Assembly: GCA_963847705.1 (NCBI GenBank)
Contig: CAWKBC010000002.1
Span: forward strand, 1 to 57,673
Direction of reading: 5' to 3'
DNA: 57,673 nucleotides
Origin: an uncultured Pseudomonadota bacterium
GTDB taxonomy: Bacteria; Myxococcota_A; Polyangia; Fen-1088
The stretch's first letter is position 1. Each line of letters starts with the position of its first letter. Under the pieces are notes generated by a model. That model searched no databases, was not told the origin of the DNA, and worked only from the letters and a program-made list of their open reading frames with translations. Positions 19,251 to 28,307 of the stretch are shown here, in pieces. A program made the position numbers and the translations under genes.

Positions 19251-20009
19251 ATGCGACACATCGTCTGGCTGGCCGGATGTCTCCTGGTGCTCTCGTGCAC
19301 CGTCAACAATGACAACCTGAACCCCGACGCTGGGGGAACGGGCGGCGGGTCGGGTGGCGCGGGCGGGTGCCCGCGCTGCGTCGGCACCGGCGGGGCAACG
19401 GCGACCGGCGGTCGGATCGGCACCGGCGGCGGGTCAGCCACGGGCGGACAGGTCGGCACCGGCGGTGCGTCGGCCACCGGCGGACAGGTCGGGACCGGCG
19501 GTGCGTCGGCCACCGGCGGGCAGGTCGGGACCGGCGGTGCGTCGGCCACCGGCGGGCAGGTCGGGACCGGCGGTGCGTCGGCCACCGGCGGGCAGGTCGG
19601 GACCGGCGGCAGCGCGAGCGGAGGTCACGGCGCCGGTGGAAGCGACGCTGGTGGCGGGGGTGGACAGGGCGGCGGCGAGAGCTGCGACGCGCTCGAGACC
19701 GACTACGGCACCGCGCTGACGGCCGCGATGAAATGCACGCTCGGCGCCAGCGGCCAATGCCAGCAACTGGTGAACAGATCGCTCTCCTGCGCCGGCTGCA
19801 AGGAGTACGTGAACGACACGACGACGCTGAGCACGATCCAGACCGCCTGGGACGACCAGAATTGCGGCTCGGTGCCGCACGCATGCCCGGCCATCGCCTG
19901 CGTCGTTCCGACCACCAGCGTCTGCACGAGCAGTCCGGCCGCGGGCGGAGCCACCGTGGGCGTCGATGGAACGGGAACCTGCGGCCCCCAGCTCACCCCC
20001 ACCAACTGA
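19251..20009 (+). CDS. Lipoprotein with Gly/Thr repeat linker and Cys-rich C-terminal domain
   Basis: Lipobox LVLSC; (GTGGASATGGQV)n; 10-Cys domain. Confidence 0.8.
   Translation: MRHIVWLAGCLLVLSCTVNNDNLNPDAGGTGGGSGGAGGCPRCVGTGGATATGGRIGTGGGSATGGQVGTGGASATGGQVGTGGASATGGQVGTGGASATGGQVGTGGASATGGQVGTGGSASGGHGAGGSDAGGGGGQGGGESCDALETDYGTALTAAMKCTLGASGQCQQLVNRSLSCAGCKEYVNDTTTLSTIQTAWDDQNCGSVPHACPAIACVVPTTSVCTSSPAAGGATVGVDGTGTCGPQLTPTN
19419..19610 (+). repeat. Coding 36-bp tandem repeat (12-aa GTGGASATGGQV), about 5 copies
   Basis: ggg/caccggcggtgcgtcggccaccggcggg/acaggtc repeated head to tail. Confidence 0.9.
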
Positions 20010-20021
20010 GGCCCACACATC

Positions 20022-20471
20022 ATGCGTAGCTTCATCGCCATCGCGACGCTGCTGCTGGCGGCTTCGTGCGGGTCCGTGACAGCGATCGGACACGACGGCG
20101 GCAGCGGCGGTTCATCAGGAACCGGCGGCGCCACCGGGACCGGCGGCAACCAGGGCGGCGGCCTGACCTGCGATCAGATCCAGACCGCCTACCAGGCGGC
20201 GCTGGCCACCGCCCGCGCATGTTCCGTCGACGGCACCAATCAGTGCCAGAAAATGACCGAGAGCGCGCTCGGCTGCAACGGCTGCCCGACCTTCGTCAAT
20301 GACGACTCGGGGCTCTCGCAGTTCTCGAACGAGTGGAATCAGGCCGGGTGCAATCAGAACCTGGCCTGTGCCGCCATCGCCTGCCTCGCGCCGAAGGCGG
20401 CCACCTGCAAGGCCAGTGACGCAGGCGGCGCGACCTGCGTCGACCAGCTCCTCGCCACGCCCTCGAACTAG
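20022..20471 (+). CDS. Lipoprotein, paralogue of the upstream Cys-rich domain
   Basis: Lipobox LAASC; CD....Y..AL..A..C.....QCQ.....L.C.GC..(F/Y)VND...L......W....C shared with 19251-20009. Confidence 0.82.
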   Translation: MRSFIAIATLLLAASCGSVTAIGHDGGSGGSSGTGGATGTGGNQGGGLTCDQIQTAYQAALATARACSVDGTNQCQKMTESALGCNGCPTFVNDDSGLSQFSNEWNQAGCNQNLACAAIACLAPKAATCKASDAGGATCVDQLLATPSN

Positions 20472-20848
20472 GGAACGGAAGGAGCGTCGGCGGCCGGGGC
20501 GTCGCCGCCGAGCTCACAGATCCCGGCGCCGCAGAACGCCGTCTGCGAGCAGCTTGGATCGGTCGAGACCGACTCGGTGCAGGCGGTGTCCGCGCAGCGC
20601 TTCTTGCGATCCTTCTCGTAGCTCTCTTTTTCCTTCTTGGGGATCGCGCGCTGCTTCCCCCCTTCGCTGCAGGGGCAGCAGTCGTCGGCGACGAGCACGC
20701 AGTCCTTGTCGGTCTTGCAGTCATCCGTCGAGGCGGGGGACTTCTTGGCGTGCTTGGCCTGCGCCAGGAAGGGCGCGCCGAACGAGGCGGCGCCGAGCAC
20801 GGTCAGCGCGAGGAGAATCCGAAAGCGAGAAGAGAATCGACGAGCCAT
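20468..20848 (-). CDS. Small secreted Cys-rich protein
   Basis: Signal peptide; CKTDKDCVLVADDCCPCSEGG..C....C...C....FCGAGICEL. Confidence 0.75.
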   Translation of the reverse strand: MARRFSSRFRILLALTVLGAASFGAPFLAQAKHAKKSPASTDDCKTDKDCVLVADDCCPCSEGGKQRAIPKKEKESYEKDRKKRCADTACTESVSTDPSCSQTAFCGAGICELGGDAPAADAPSVP

Positions 20849-20930
20849 GCGTCGAGTTATAGCTGCGTCACCGTCGATCCGGAAGAGTGATCCTCGGCAC
20901 CGGAACATCGGAACGTCTGTTTCGAATTTG

Positions 20931-21662
20931 TCAGTTCGCCGTTCCGGGAGTGCCGATTCGCGCGGTCATCGCCACCACTTCGGCCGCCACGCGCTCGAGC
21001 CGTTCGCCCACGTCGCGCGTCTCGAGCAGCTGCTGGCGCAGCGCCGGATCGACGATCAGCGCCGAGGCGACGCCATCGACCAGCTCGGCGGGCGTGTCCT
21101 GCGCGGCGACCACCTGGCGCAGGAGCTCGCCCCCCTCGGGGATGGCGTCGGCCAGCTGACCGATGAGCGCGCGCAGCGTCTGATCGGCGTCGACCAGCTC
21201 GCCCGCGTCGGTGATCGGAAAATCGGGGAGCTCGGTCGCGGCCACCAGCCGGTAGGGGCGCCCCGACGGCAGCTCCCGATCGATGCGGATGCGCGCGCGG
21301 CCGCGCACCACCAGGTTGAAGCGCCCGTCGGGGAGCTCGTGCGCCATCACCACCTCGCCGACGCCGGCGATCGGCTGCACCGAGGGGAGCTCCTCCTCGG
21401 CGCGCGCGTGGGGCATGAGGAGGCCGATGGCGAGGAAGCGTGTCCCGGTCAGGACGTCGCGCATCATCACCCGGTAGCGCTCCTCGAAGATGTGCAGCGG
21501 CAGGAGCGCGTGCGGAAACAGCACCGCGTTCGGGAGCGGGAAGAGCGGCAGCCGGCGCAGCGACGAGACCAGCGTCCCTTCGCCGTCGGCGGGCACGGAA
21601 ACGGGATCCGGGGTATCAGCCAAAGACGTCCACACAGGAGCCGGTGAGCGCCGGCGGCGCAT
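20931..21662 (-). CDS. LON peptidase substrate-binding (N) domain protein
   Basis: LPLFPLPNAVLFP..LPLHIFEERYR, LPDGRFNLVVRG, RQQLLE; start position uncertain. Confidence 0.9.
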   Translation of the reverse strand: MRRRRSPAPVWTSLADTPDPVSVPADGEGTLVSSLRRLPLFPLPNAVLFPHALLPLHIFEERYRVMMRDVLTGTRFLAIGLLMPHARAEEELPSVQPIAGVGEVVMAHELPDGRFNLVVRGRARIRIDRELPSGRPYRLVAATELPDFPITDAGELVDADQTLRALIGQLADAIPEGGELLRQVVAAQDTPAELVDGVASALIVDPALRQQLLETRDVGERLERVAAEVVAMTARIGTPGTAN

Positions 21663-22317
21663 AGGCGGCCAGGTAGATCACCACGTTGGCCACATCCTCG
21701 GGCGACATCGCTGGCCGGGCGTCGGGCATCCCCACCCGCAGCATGTCCGTGTCGACCGAGCCCGGGCAGACGGCGTTGACGGCGATCCCGTCCGGGCGCA
21801 GCTCCTCGGCCAGCGCCCGCGTCAGCCCAACGACGCCGTGCTTGGCCGCGCAGTAGGCGGTGAGGCCGGCGGTCCCCTGCCGGCCCGAGATCGACGCAAT
21901 GTTGACGATCCGCCCGCCCCGGCGCGCCCGCATGGCGGGGAGAAAGGCACGCGTCACCAGGAACGTCCCCTTCAGGTTCGAGTCGAGCACTGCGTCCCAG
22001 TTCTCGAGCGAGGTCTCGTCGAGCGGCGCGCGCGCGACCAGGCCGGCGTTGTTGACCAGAAGGTCCGGCGGGCCGAACCGGCGCAGCACCTCGGCGGCGA
22101 AGCGCTCGACCTCGCTCGGGCGCCCCACGTCGCAGGCGATGATCTCGTCGACGGCGTGGCGCGCGCAGCCGGCCACCTGGGCGCCGGCGCCAGCGAGCAG
22201 GGTGACGATGGCGCGCCCGATCCCGCGCGAGGCGCCGGTGACCACGGCGATCTTGCCGGCCAGCGGGCGGCTGGCCTCGGTCGCCCGCCCGCTGCCGTCG
22301 ATCTCTTTCGGGCTCAT
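21616..22317 (-). CDS. Short-chain dehydrogenase/reductase
   Basis: TGASRGIG, NNAG, ASISG, YCAAK, PGSVDTDM. Confidence 0.92.
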   Translation of the reverse strand: MSPKEIDGSGRATEASRPLAGKIAVVTGASRGIGRAIVTLLAGAGAQVAGCARHAVDEIIACDVGRPSEVERFAAEVLRRFGPPDLLVNNAGLVARAPLDETSLENWDAVLDSNLKGTFLVTRAFLPAMRARRGGRIVNIASISGRQGTAGLTAYCAAKHGVVGLTRALAEELRPDGIAVNAVCPGSVDTDMLRVGMPDARPAMSPEDVANVVIYLAAYAPPALTGSCVDVFG

Positions 22318-22907
22318 CGCGCGCGCCCCCCCAGGTTGGCGGCCTCCAGCAGCCGAGCCTTCAGGTCGGGCCGCTCGCGCATCTCGCCGACGAAGGCACT
22401 GGTGACGACGCCCGACTGATCGTGCTTCTCGCCGGGGAGCGCCAGGCAGAGCTGCTCCGCCTCGATCACGCAGCCGGCACCGCGGGCGCCGAGGTGGCGG
22501 CAGAGCGCGTCGGCGATCTGATGCGTCGCCCGCTCCTGCAGCGTGAGCCGCTTGGTGAAGCAGTCGACCAGCTCGGCGAGACGCCCGAAACCCACCAGCT
22601 TTCCTTGGGGTAGATAAGCAACGTGCGCAACCCCCCGATAGGGGACCAGGTGATGCGGGCACATGGAGTGAAAGCGCAGGCCGCCCACCACCACCACGTC
22701 GGGGTCGGCCTCGCCCGTCACCGGATCGCCCAGAAGGACCGCGGGATCCATGTCGTAGCCGGCCAGGAACTCCGCCTGCCAGAGCTGCGCCACCCGGCGG
22801 CCGGTCTCCTTCAGATCCGGATCGGTGGCGGGGTCGCGTCCGGCGGCGCGCAGGAGCGCATCGACTGCGGCGCGCAGCTCCGGTGGCGACGGCACGGGAG
22901 CGCTCAC
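22314..22907 (-). CDS. folE: GTP cyclohydrolase I homologue with divergent active site
   Basis: LKETGRRVA, HSMCPHHLVP, HVAYLP, LQER, IEAEQLC; T-fold FolE pattern. Confidence 0.8.
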   Translation of the reverse strand: MSAPVPSPPELRAAVDALLRAAGRDPATDPDLKETGRRVAQLWQAEFLAGYDMDPAVLLGDPVTGEADPDVVVVGGLRFHSMCPHHLVPYRGVAHVAYLPQGKLVGFGRLAELVDCFTKRLTLQERATHQIADALCRHLGARGAGCVIEAEQLCLALPGEKHDQSGVVTSAFVGEMRERPDLKARLLEAANLGGRAR

Positions 22908-23347
22908 TCCGCGGGAGGCTGCGCCGCCGCCACGTCGGCGTCGACGGGACGCCGGGAAGCAAACCCGCCGTCGACCGGATGCCAGAAGCCGACCTTCTTC
23001 TCGCCGAAGCGCCAGCAGAGGACGATCTCCTCGCCCAGCCGCTCCGAGGGGAAATCGACCAGGCCGATCTCCACGTCCTTCACCTCGCCGCCGAGGTCGC
23101 GCACCTGCCCGAGCTCGTCGGAGAGCGCCTCGTAGTAGCCGCGGAAGAGCGCCTTGGCGCGCCGAACCTCGGGCGAGCCGTCGTCGCTCTCCAGGATCTC
23201 CTCGCGGCTCATCCGCACGTTGGCGCGTTCGAGCTGGATCTCCAGCGCGCGCAGACCCGCGCGCAGCTGGAGCACGTCGACGAAGATTCGCTCGAGCGCT
23301 GGAACGAGCGCGTCGACCTCTCCGACCGTGAAGTGCTCCTGACCCAT
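22904..23347 (-). CDS. DUF2203 family protein
   Basis: FTVGEVDALVP..VKDVEIGLVDFP..IVLCWRFGE..FWH..GGFASRRP. Confidence 0.88.
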   Translation of the reverse strand: MGQEHFTVGEVDALVPALERIFVDVLQLRAGLRALEIQLERANVRMSREEILESDDGSPEVRRAKALFRGYYEALSDELGQVRDLGGEVKDVEIGLVDFPSERLGEEIVLCWRFGEKKVGFWHPVDGGFASRRPVDADVAAAQPPAE

Positions 23348-23362
23348 CGGTCGTACCTTACA

Positions 23363-25142
23363 TCAATGCCGGGCCAGCGGCGACGGGTAGAGCGGCGGCT
23401 TGCGGTTCCGGCCGGTCTGGCGCCTCACGTCAACGTCCGAGACGAGCAGCGGCGGTGAGATGATCGTCGTCGGCACACCCGAGAACCCGGCGCCCCCTTC
23501 CAGGAAATTGTAGACGGTGGCGTCGGCCCCCACGGCCGTGATGTCCTTGAGCGAGCGCGGCAGCAGGTTCTCGAGCAAGAGGCCGCGCACCAGCGTCTCC
23601 TTGCCGTGGTCGAGCCGGTAGACCACCAGCGGCCTCACCGGCGGCGGGCCGTGGCCGCCCATGCTGAACGACAGCAGCGCCGCCAGATCGTCGGCCTCGC
23701 CGCCCGCCAGCGAGTCGTCGTCGAGCAGACGGACGACGTAGGTGGTGATGCCCCCGCCCCTGGCGATCTTGCCCAGCTCCTCCAGCAGCGCGGCGCGTGG
23801 CTGGGGACGGACGCCGCTCACCACCAGGGTGCCGACGCGTGCGCGCGGGGCGGCGAAGCGCGGCGCGCGCGCGTGCCCGTTGGAGTGGACGATCTCCTTG
23901 CGGGGCGTGCGCGACATGAGCAGCGACTTGAGGACGCCGTGCTCGATCAATGAGACGCGCTGGGCCGGCACCCCTTCGTCGTCGATCTTGTAGCTGCCGT
24001 AGAGCGGCGTCTTGCCCGGCCCCCAGGCCAGCGCGGGATCGTCGACCGCGTTCACGCCCGCCGCCGCCACCTTCTGCCCCAGCTTGGTGGCCAGCGCCCC
24101 CTGATCGTTCCCCTCGTCGCTCCCCGCCTGCGCGGTCTTGGGGGGCGGCGTGCCGGCCACCTGATCGCCGAGCAGCAGCTTCACCACCTGGGGCGCCGCC
24201 AGGCCCTCGAACAGGACGGCGCCCGCGCCCGAGGCGGCCACCGGCGCGCTGCGCATCGCCACCAGCTCCTTGGCCATCGCGCGGACCGACTTCTCCATCT
24301 CGGCCAGCGCGGGAAGCCCCGTGGGGGTGAGCGCCGTGAACGGGACGAAGCTGCGCAGCTTCATCCCGTCGGGCGCCTGGGTCTCGGCCACCACGTTGAT
24401 CTGCACGGTGTGCTGGTTGTCGTCGACGAACGTCCCCTCGCTGGAGAGCAGCCGCCGCCGGACGATGGCGTAGCTGGCCGACACGCGCGACGACGAGAAT
24501 CTCCGGGAAGTCGGCCAAGACAGACGACAGCTTGCGCGCCGCCTCGCGCAGCGTTTCCGGCTCGGCGGCGCCGGCCGGAAACGGGACCTCCAGGTGCGCC
24601 GCCGCCTCCTTGGAGAAATCGCCGACCGCCGCCTCGTCCGCGGCGGCGTCCGCCTGCCCCTCCGCCGCGGCCCGCTTGCGGGCCAGCGTCTCCAGCGCCG
24701 CCTTGTAGGCCTCGTCGGTGCGCAGCCAGAGCTCCCGCCGCAGGGCCGCGTAGTCGTCCTCGATCGGCACGGTCTCGACGCGGGCGCCGCCCTCGAAGTT
24801 GCTGTTGTCGAAGCTCGGATCGCCGACGCGCAGGTCGGTGCGCAGGATGCGGCCGCGGTAGGCGTGCGCGGCGGTCAGCGCCCCCAAGGTCGCGTTCACC
24901 GACGCCTGCTCGAGATCGTAGATCGTGTAGCCGAGGTAGTACGGGCGCGACTCGTCGCCGAGATGGAGGTCGGACATCGAGCGCGCCAGCTCGTCCTGCA
25001 GCGCGCGCTGGACCACGGCGTCGTTCGTGCGAATGCGCGCCTCGACCGCCACCGCCGTCGGCTTTTCAGCCGCGTCGTTCGCGCGCGCCACCGCGCAGAG
25101 CGACAGCAGGATCGCCGACAGAGACCCGAGGCGGCGAATCAT
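23363..25142 (-). CDS. Exported TldD/PmbA-family protein (non-catalytic PmbA-like partner); 1-bp frameshift near 24495
   Basis: Signal peptide; ALQDELARSM..PYYLGY..LRVGD..ALRRELWLRTD; continues in a second frame GAVLFEG, DDEGVPAQRV, SNGH; no HExxxH. Confidence 0.82.
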
Positions 25143-27088
25143 TGCAGGGCCCCCTTCGTCTTGGCCGGCGGCCCGGGCGGCCGCGCTGCCGGCGCCGCGG
25201 GCCCACGCATCGCCGGCGGCGACGGCTGCAGCGACGGCGCCGGGAGCACCGGCGGTTTGTCACTCCCTTTGTCGCGACGCTCGGTCTCGATCTGCTGAAC
25301 CAGCAAGCTGGGGCTGGTGGCCGAGACCGGAACGAAGCCCGACTCCGCGCCGCAGTAGCCGTTGAACGTCTGGTAGTCGTTGGAGGCCGCCATGATCTTC
25401 GACAGCGCCGACAGCGGCGTGCCGACCAGATCGACGCCGCGCACCAGCTCGTCCGGCCGCCCGTCGACCCACACGCGGTAGACCAGGATCGGCAACACCT
25501 TGAACGCCTGCGGTCCGCCGCGCGCGGTGTTGGTGAATCCGCCCGAGATGTCACGGAACGAAAGGCCGTAGAGCTTCCCCTGCCGCTTCGCCTCCTCGCG
25601 CAGCAGGCGGCGCAGCTCGTCGGGCGGGACGACCAGGCTCGGCTCGACCACCAGGTTCCCCTGCCGCGAGACGATGGTCCGCCCCTCCTGCCGGCGCCCG
25701 TGACCGTTCGAGACCGAGAAGCCGCGCGTCGGTGAGCGGCTCAGCAAGAACCCGCGCAGGATGCCGCCTTCGACCAGGGAGGCCCGGCGCGCGTCGACCC
25801 CCTCGTCGTCGTAACGGTAAAAGCCGTTCAGGTCGACGCCGTCGAGGGTGGACAGCGTCGGATCGTCGTAGACCGAGATGAACGACGGCATGACAGGCTG
25901 CCCGATCTTCTTGGCGAAGGTCTGCCCCTCGTCTTCGTTCTTCTGCCGGTGACCCTCGACACGGTGGCCGAAGATCTCGTGGAAGAAAACGCCGGCCGCC
26001 TTCCCCTCGAGGATGGCGGGCCCGGCATAGGGCTCAGCCAGCGGCGCCCGCCGCAGTGCCTTGAGGTCGGTGATGATGGAGTCGGCCGCGGCGTCCATCG
26101 CCGCCTCGCCGCCCAGCCCCTCGATCGTCTCGGCGTCGAAGCTCTCGAACCGCTCCAGCTCCATCCCGTCGTCGGCGCGTGCGTCGGCCTCGATGAAGAC
26201 GCGCGCGTAGTTGCGCCCGGTCTGGATGGCCGTCCCTTCGGAATTCAGCAACCAGAGCGTCAGGCTGGTCGCCTGGAGACTGGCGTCCGAGTCGAGGATC
26301 TCCGACTGTCCACGGAAGCGCGCCGAAACCCGCCGCATCCGCTGCTCCCAGGCCGGCACGTCGACGTCCAGCCGCGCCGGCGGGCCGAAGTAGGTGATCG
26401 GCGTCTCGCGCGAAAAGTCGTCGGAGGGGTCGTCGTCGGCGACCTTCAGCGTCCGCTGGGTCTTCAGCTTCACCAGGCGCTCGGCCGACTCTTCGTAACG
26501 GCGGTCGGTCTCGGCCCAGGCGACGGTGCGCAGCGCGGTCTCGTCGTCGGAGAGCGGCAGCGGCACCGGGTGGCCGGCGATCTCCGAGGAGAAATCGAAG
26601 TCGCTCGAGCGGATGGCGTGCGTCGAGTCGAGCTTGTAGTCGCCCACCCGCACGTCGGCGTCGAGGATGCGCGTCCGCCGCTCGGTCGACTGCACGAGCG
26701 CGCCGTAGCTGGACATCACGGTCGTCTCGTCGCGGTCGTGGACCTCGTAGCCGATGAAGTAGGGCGGCGGCTTCCCCTTGGCCGACAGATCGCGCATCCC
26801 GCGCTGAAGCTCTTCCTGCAACGCCGCCAGCCCGGGCGGCTTGGCCCCGCCCCCGCCCGACTGCGGCTCGACCCGGACGACCCTGGGCGGCGAGGCCGGC
26901 ACCCCAGGGGCTGCCGCGTTCGCCGAGGCGGCCTGCGGCGACGGCGTCCCGCCCGCGCAGCCGATGGCTCCGACCGTCGCGACGGCGGCGAGCGCGAGCG
27001 CCAAGCTGGAGGCGAAGCCGGCAGAGATGCGAGGGAGAACAGGGGACGGGGCAGGCACGGGGCGATCTGGCCTATAGCATACCGTCAC
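25139..27088 (-). CDS. Exported/lipoprotein TldD-family metalloprotease
   Basis: Lipobox-like GAIGC; GPAILEG..GVFFHEIFGHRVEG; DDEGV; SNGHGR; FNGYCGAESG.VPVS; start uncertain. Confidence 0.9.
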   Translation of the reverse strand: MTVCYRPDRPVPAPSPVLPRISAGFASSLALALAAVATVGAIGCAGGTPSPQAASANAAAPGVPASPPRVVRVEPQSGGGGAKPPGLAALQEELQRGMRDLSAKGKPPPYFIGYEVHDRDETTVMSSYGALVQSTERRTRILDADVRVGDYKLDSTHAIRSSDFDFSSEIAGHPVPLPLSDDETALRTVAWAETDRRYEESAERLVKLKTQRTLKVADDDPSDDFSRETPITYFGPPARLDVDVPAWEQRMRRVSARFRGQSEILDSDASLQATSLTLWLLNSEGTAIQTGRNYARVFIEADARADDGMELERFESFDAETIEGLGGEAAMDAAADSIITDLKALRRAPLAEPYAGPAILEGKAAGVFFHEIFGHRVEGHRQKNEDEGQTFAKKIGQPVMPSFISVYDDPTLSTLDGVDLNGFYRYDDEGVDARRASLVEGGILRGFLLSRSPTRGFSVSNGHGRRQEGRTIVSRQGNLVVEPSLVVPPDELRRLLREEAKRQGKLYGLSFRDISGGFTNTARGGPQAFKVLPILVYRVWVDGRPDELVRGVDLVGTPLSALSKIMAASNDYQTFNGYCGAESGFVPVSATSPSLLVQQIETERRDKGSDKPPVLPAPSLQPSPPAMRGPAAPAARPPGPPAKTKGALQ

Positions 27089-27134
27089 TCCGTCACCGAG
27101 AAGTCACCGCCCCGGTGTGGTCGTGCTTTCGGGT

Positions 27135-27168
27135 TGAACGAAACCTCCGGCTGCGGCGACATGTGGGC
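27135..27168 (+). promoter_or_regulatory. ECF-type promoter, copy 1: TGAAC-N17-CGACAT
   Basis: ttgaacgaaacctccggctgcggcgacatgtgggcATG, nearly duplicated at 28274; no SD before the ATG. Confidence 0.6.
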
Positions 27169-28254
27169 ATGAACGCAGCTGGCAAGGGATCGTGCCTGGT
27201 CGGGGTGGGGATCTTCGTGGTGTTCTTCGGACCACCAGCGCACGCCGCCGAGGGGCCGCTGCTGGTCGTGGTGGAGGCGCCGCCCTCACTGGACGCCGAC
27301 GCGGCGGAGATCCGGAGAGCCATCGGAACGGAGCTGCGCGCTCAAACGATCGCCCCGATGCAGAAGGGTGCCGATCCACCCGGACGCGCCCTGATCGTCG
27401 CGTTCGACCGCGATCGAATCGCGATGTCGCTCCGAACGAACGATGCCACCCCCATCGTCCGCGATATCCCGGCACCGACCGACCGGGCCGCGCGGCTGCG
27501 CGCCATCGCCTGGCTGGCCGGCAACCTCGCCCGCGATCAAGTCACGCCGCTCGTCGCGGAGGCACCCGCCGAAACAACGCCCCTGGCGACAATTCCGTCA
27601 ATCGCGCCAGCTCCGGCGACCGAGCCGCCTCCGCTGCCTGCACCGACGGCGACCGCAACGGCCGATGTTCCGGCAGCCCCGGTCGCGGCGTCCGCCGCCG
27701 AGACCGTCACGACAACCGGGAGGATCGCCGCTCCCGAAAACCTGAATGGTCCCTATCAATGGTCGATCACCTTCGCGGACGGTCCGACCGACGCCATCGC
27801 CCAGTATCACCGGAGCATCGCGCCGATTTTTGGAACCGCCTGGTATCTCGAGGTTCAACGGCGCTCAGCAAAGAATGGATTTCTGTTGGGCGCCGCGCTC
27901 TCGGGGACCAACGGCGATTTCGCTCCCGAGGGGATTGGGCTGTCGGTATTCCTGGGCTCCGCGAGCCGACGCGGCCGCTGGAGCTTCGAGACCACCGTCG
28001 GTGCCGGCGTGGAACTGGGGGAAGAGTCCGTCACCGTGTTCTCGGTCTACCCGACTGCCAACGGTCAGGGCGTCGCGATGCAGCAAGATCCGGTTCTTCG
28101 ACCTGCTCTTCTTGCGGACGCGGGCGTCGCGGTGGCGCACCCTCTGTGGCAGTCGGTGGACGTCGTCGTTCGTCTGGGGGCGCGTCTGTCGACCACCTCG
28201 ATCGACGACTGGTTCCTCACAACCACCCTCGGGCTCCGGTACAACCTCCAGTGA
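27169..28254 (+). CDS. Exported protein: conserved N-domain, Pro linker, predicted 8-strand outer-membrane beta-barrel (paralogue 1)
   Basis: Signal peptide AHA-AE; alternating amphipathic strands; C-terminal LGLRYNLQ resembles a beta-signal. Confidence 0.75.
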   Translation: MNAAGKGSCLVGVGIFVVFFGPPAHAAEGPLLVVVEAPPSLDADAAEIRRAIGTELRAQTIAPMQKGADPPGRALIVAFDRDRIAMSLRTNDATPIVRDIPAPTDRAARLRAIAWLAGNLARDQVTPLVAEAPAETTPLATIPSIAPAPATEPPPLPAPTATATADVPAAPVAASAAETVTTTGRIAAPENLNGPYQWSITFADGPTDAIAQYHRSIAPIFGTAWYLEVQRRSAKNGFLLGAALSGTNGDFAPEGIGLSVFLGSASRRGRWSFETTVGAGVELGEESVTVFSVYPTANGQGVAMQQDPVLRPALLADAGVAVAHPLWQSVDVVVRLGARLSTTSIDDWFLTTTLGLRYNLQ

Positions 28255-28273
28255 GGCCTTTGCGCCTGGGGAT

Positions 28274-28307
28274 TGAACGAAGGCTCCGTTTGCGGAGACA
28301 TGAGGGC
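28274..28307 (+). promoter_or_regulatory. ECF-type promoter, copy 2: TGAAC-N17-AGACAT
   Basis: ttgaacgaaggctccgtttgcggagacatgagggcATG. Confidence 0.6.

Noticed and set aside
19419-19610. 36-bp repeats as CRISPR
   Set aside because: Head-to-tail, in frame, encoding a Gly/Thr linker; no spacers
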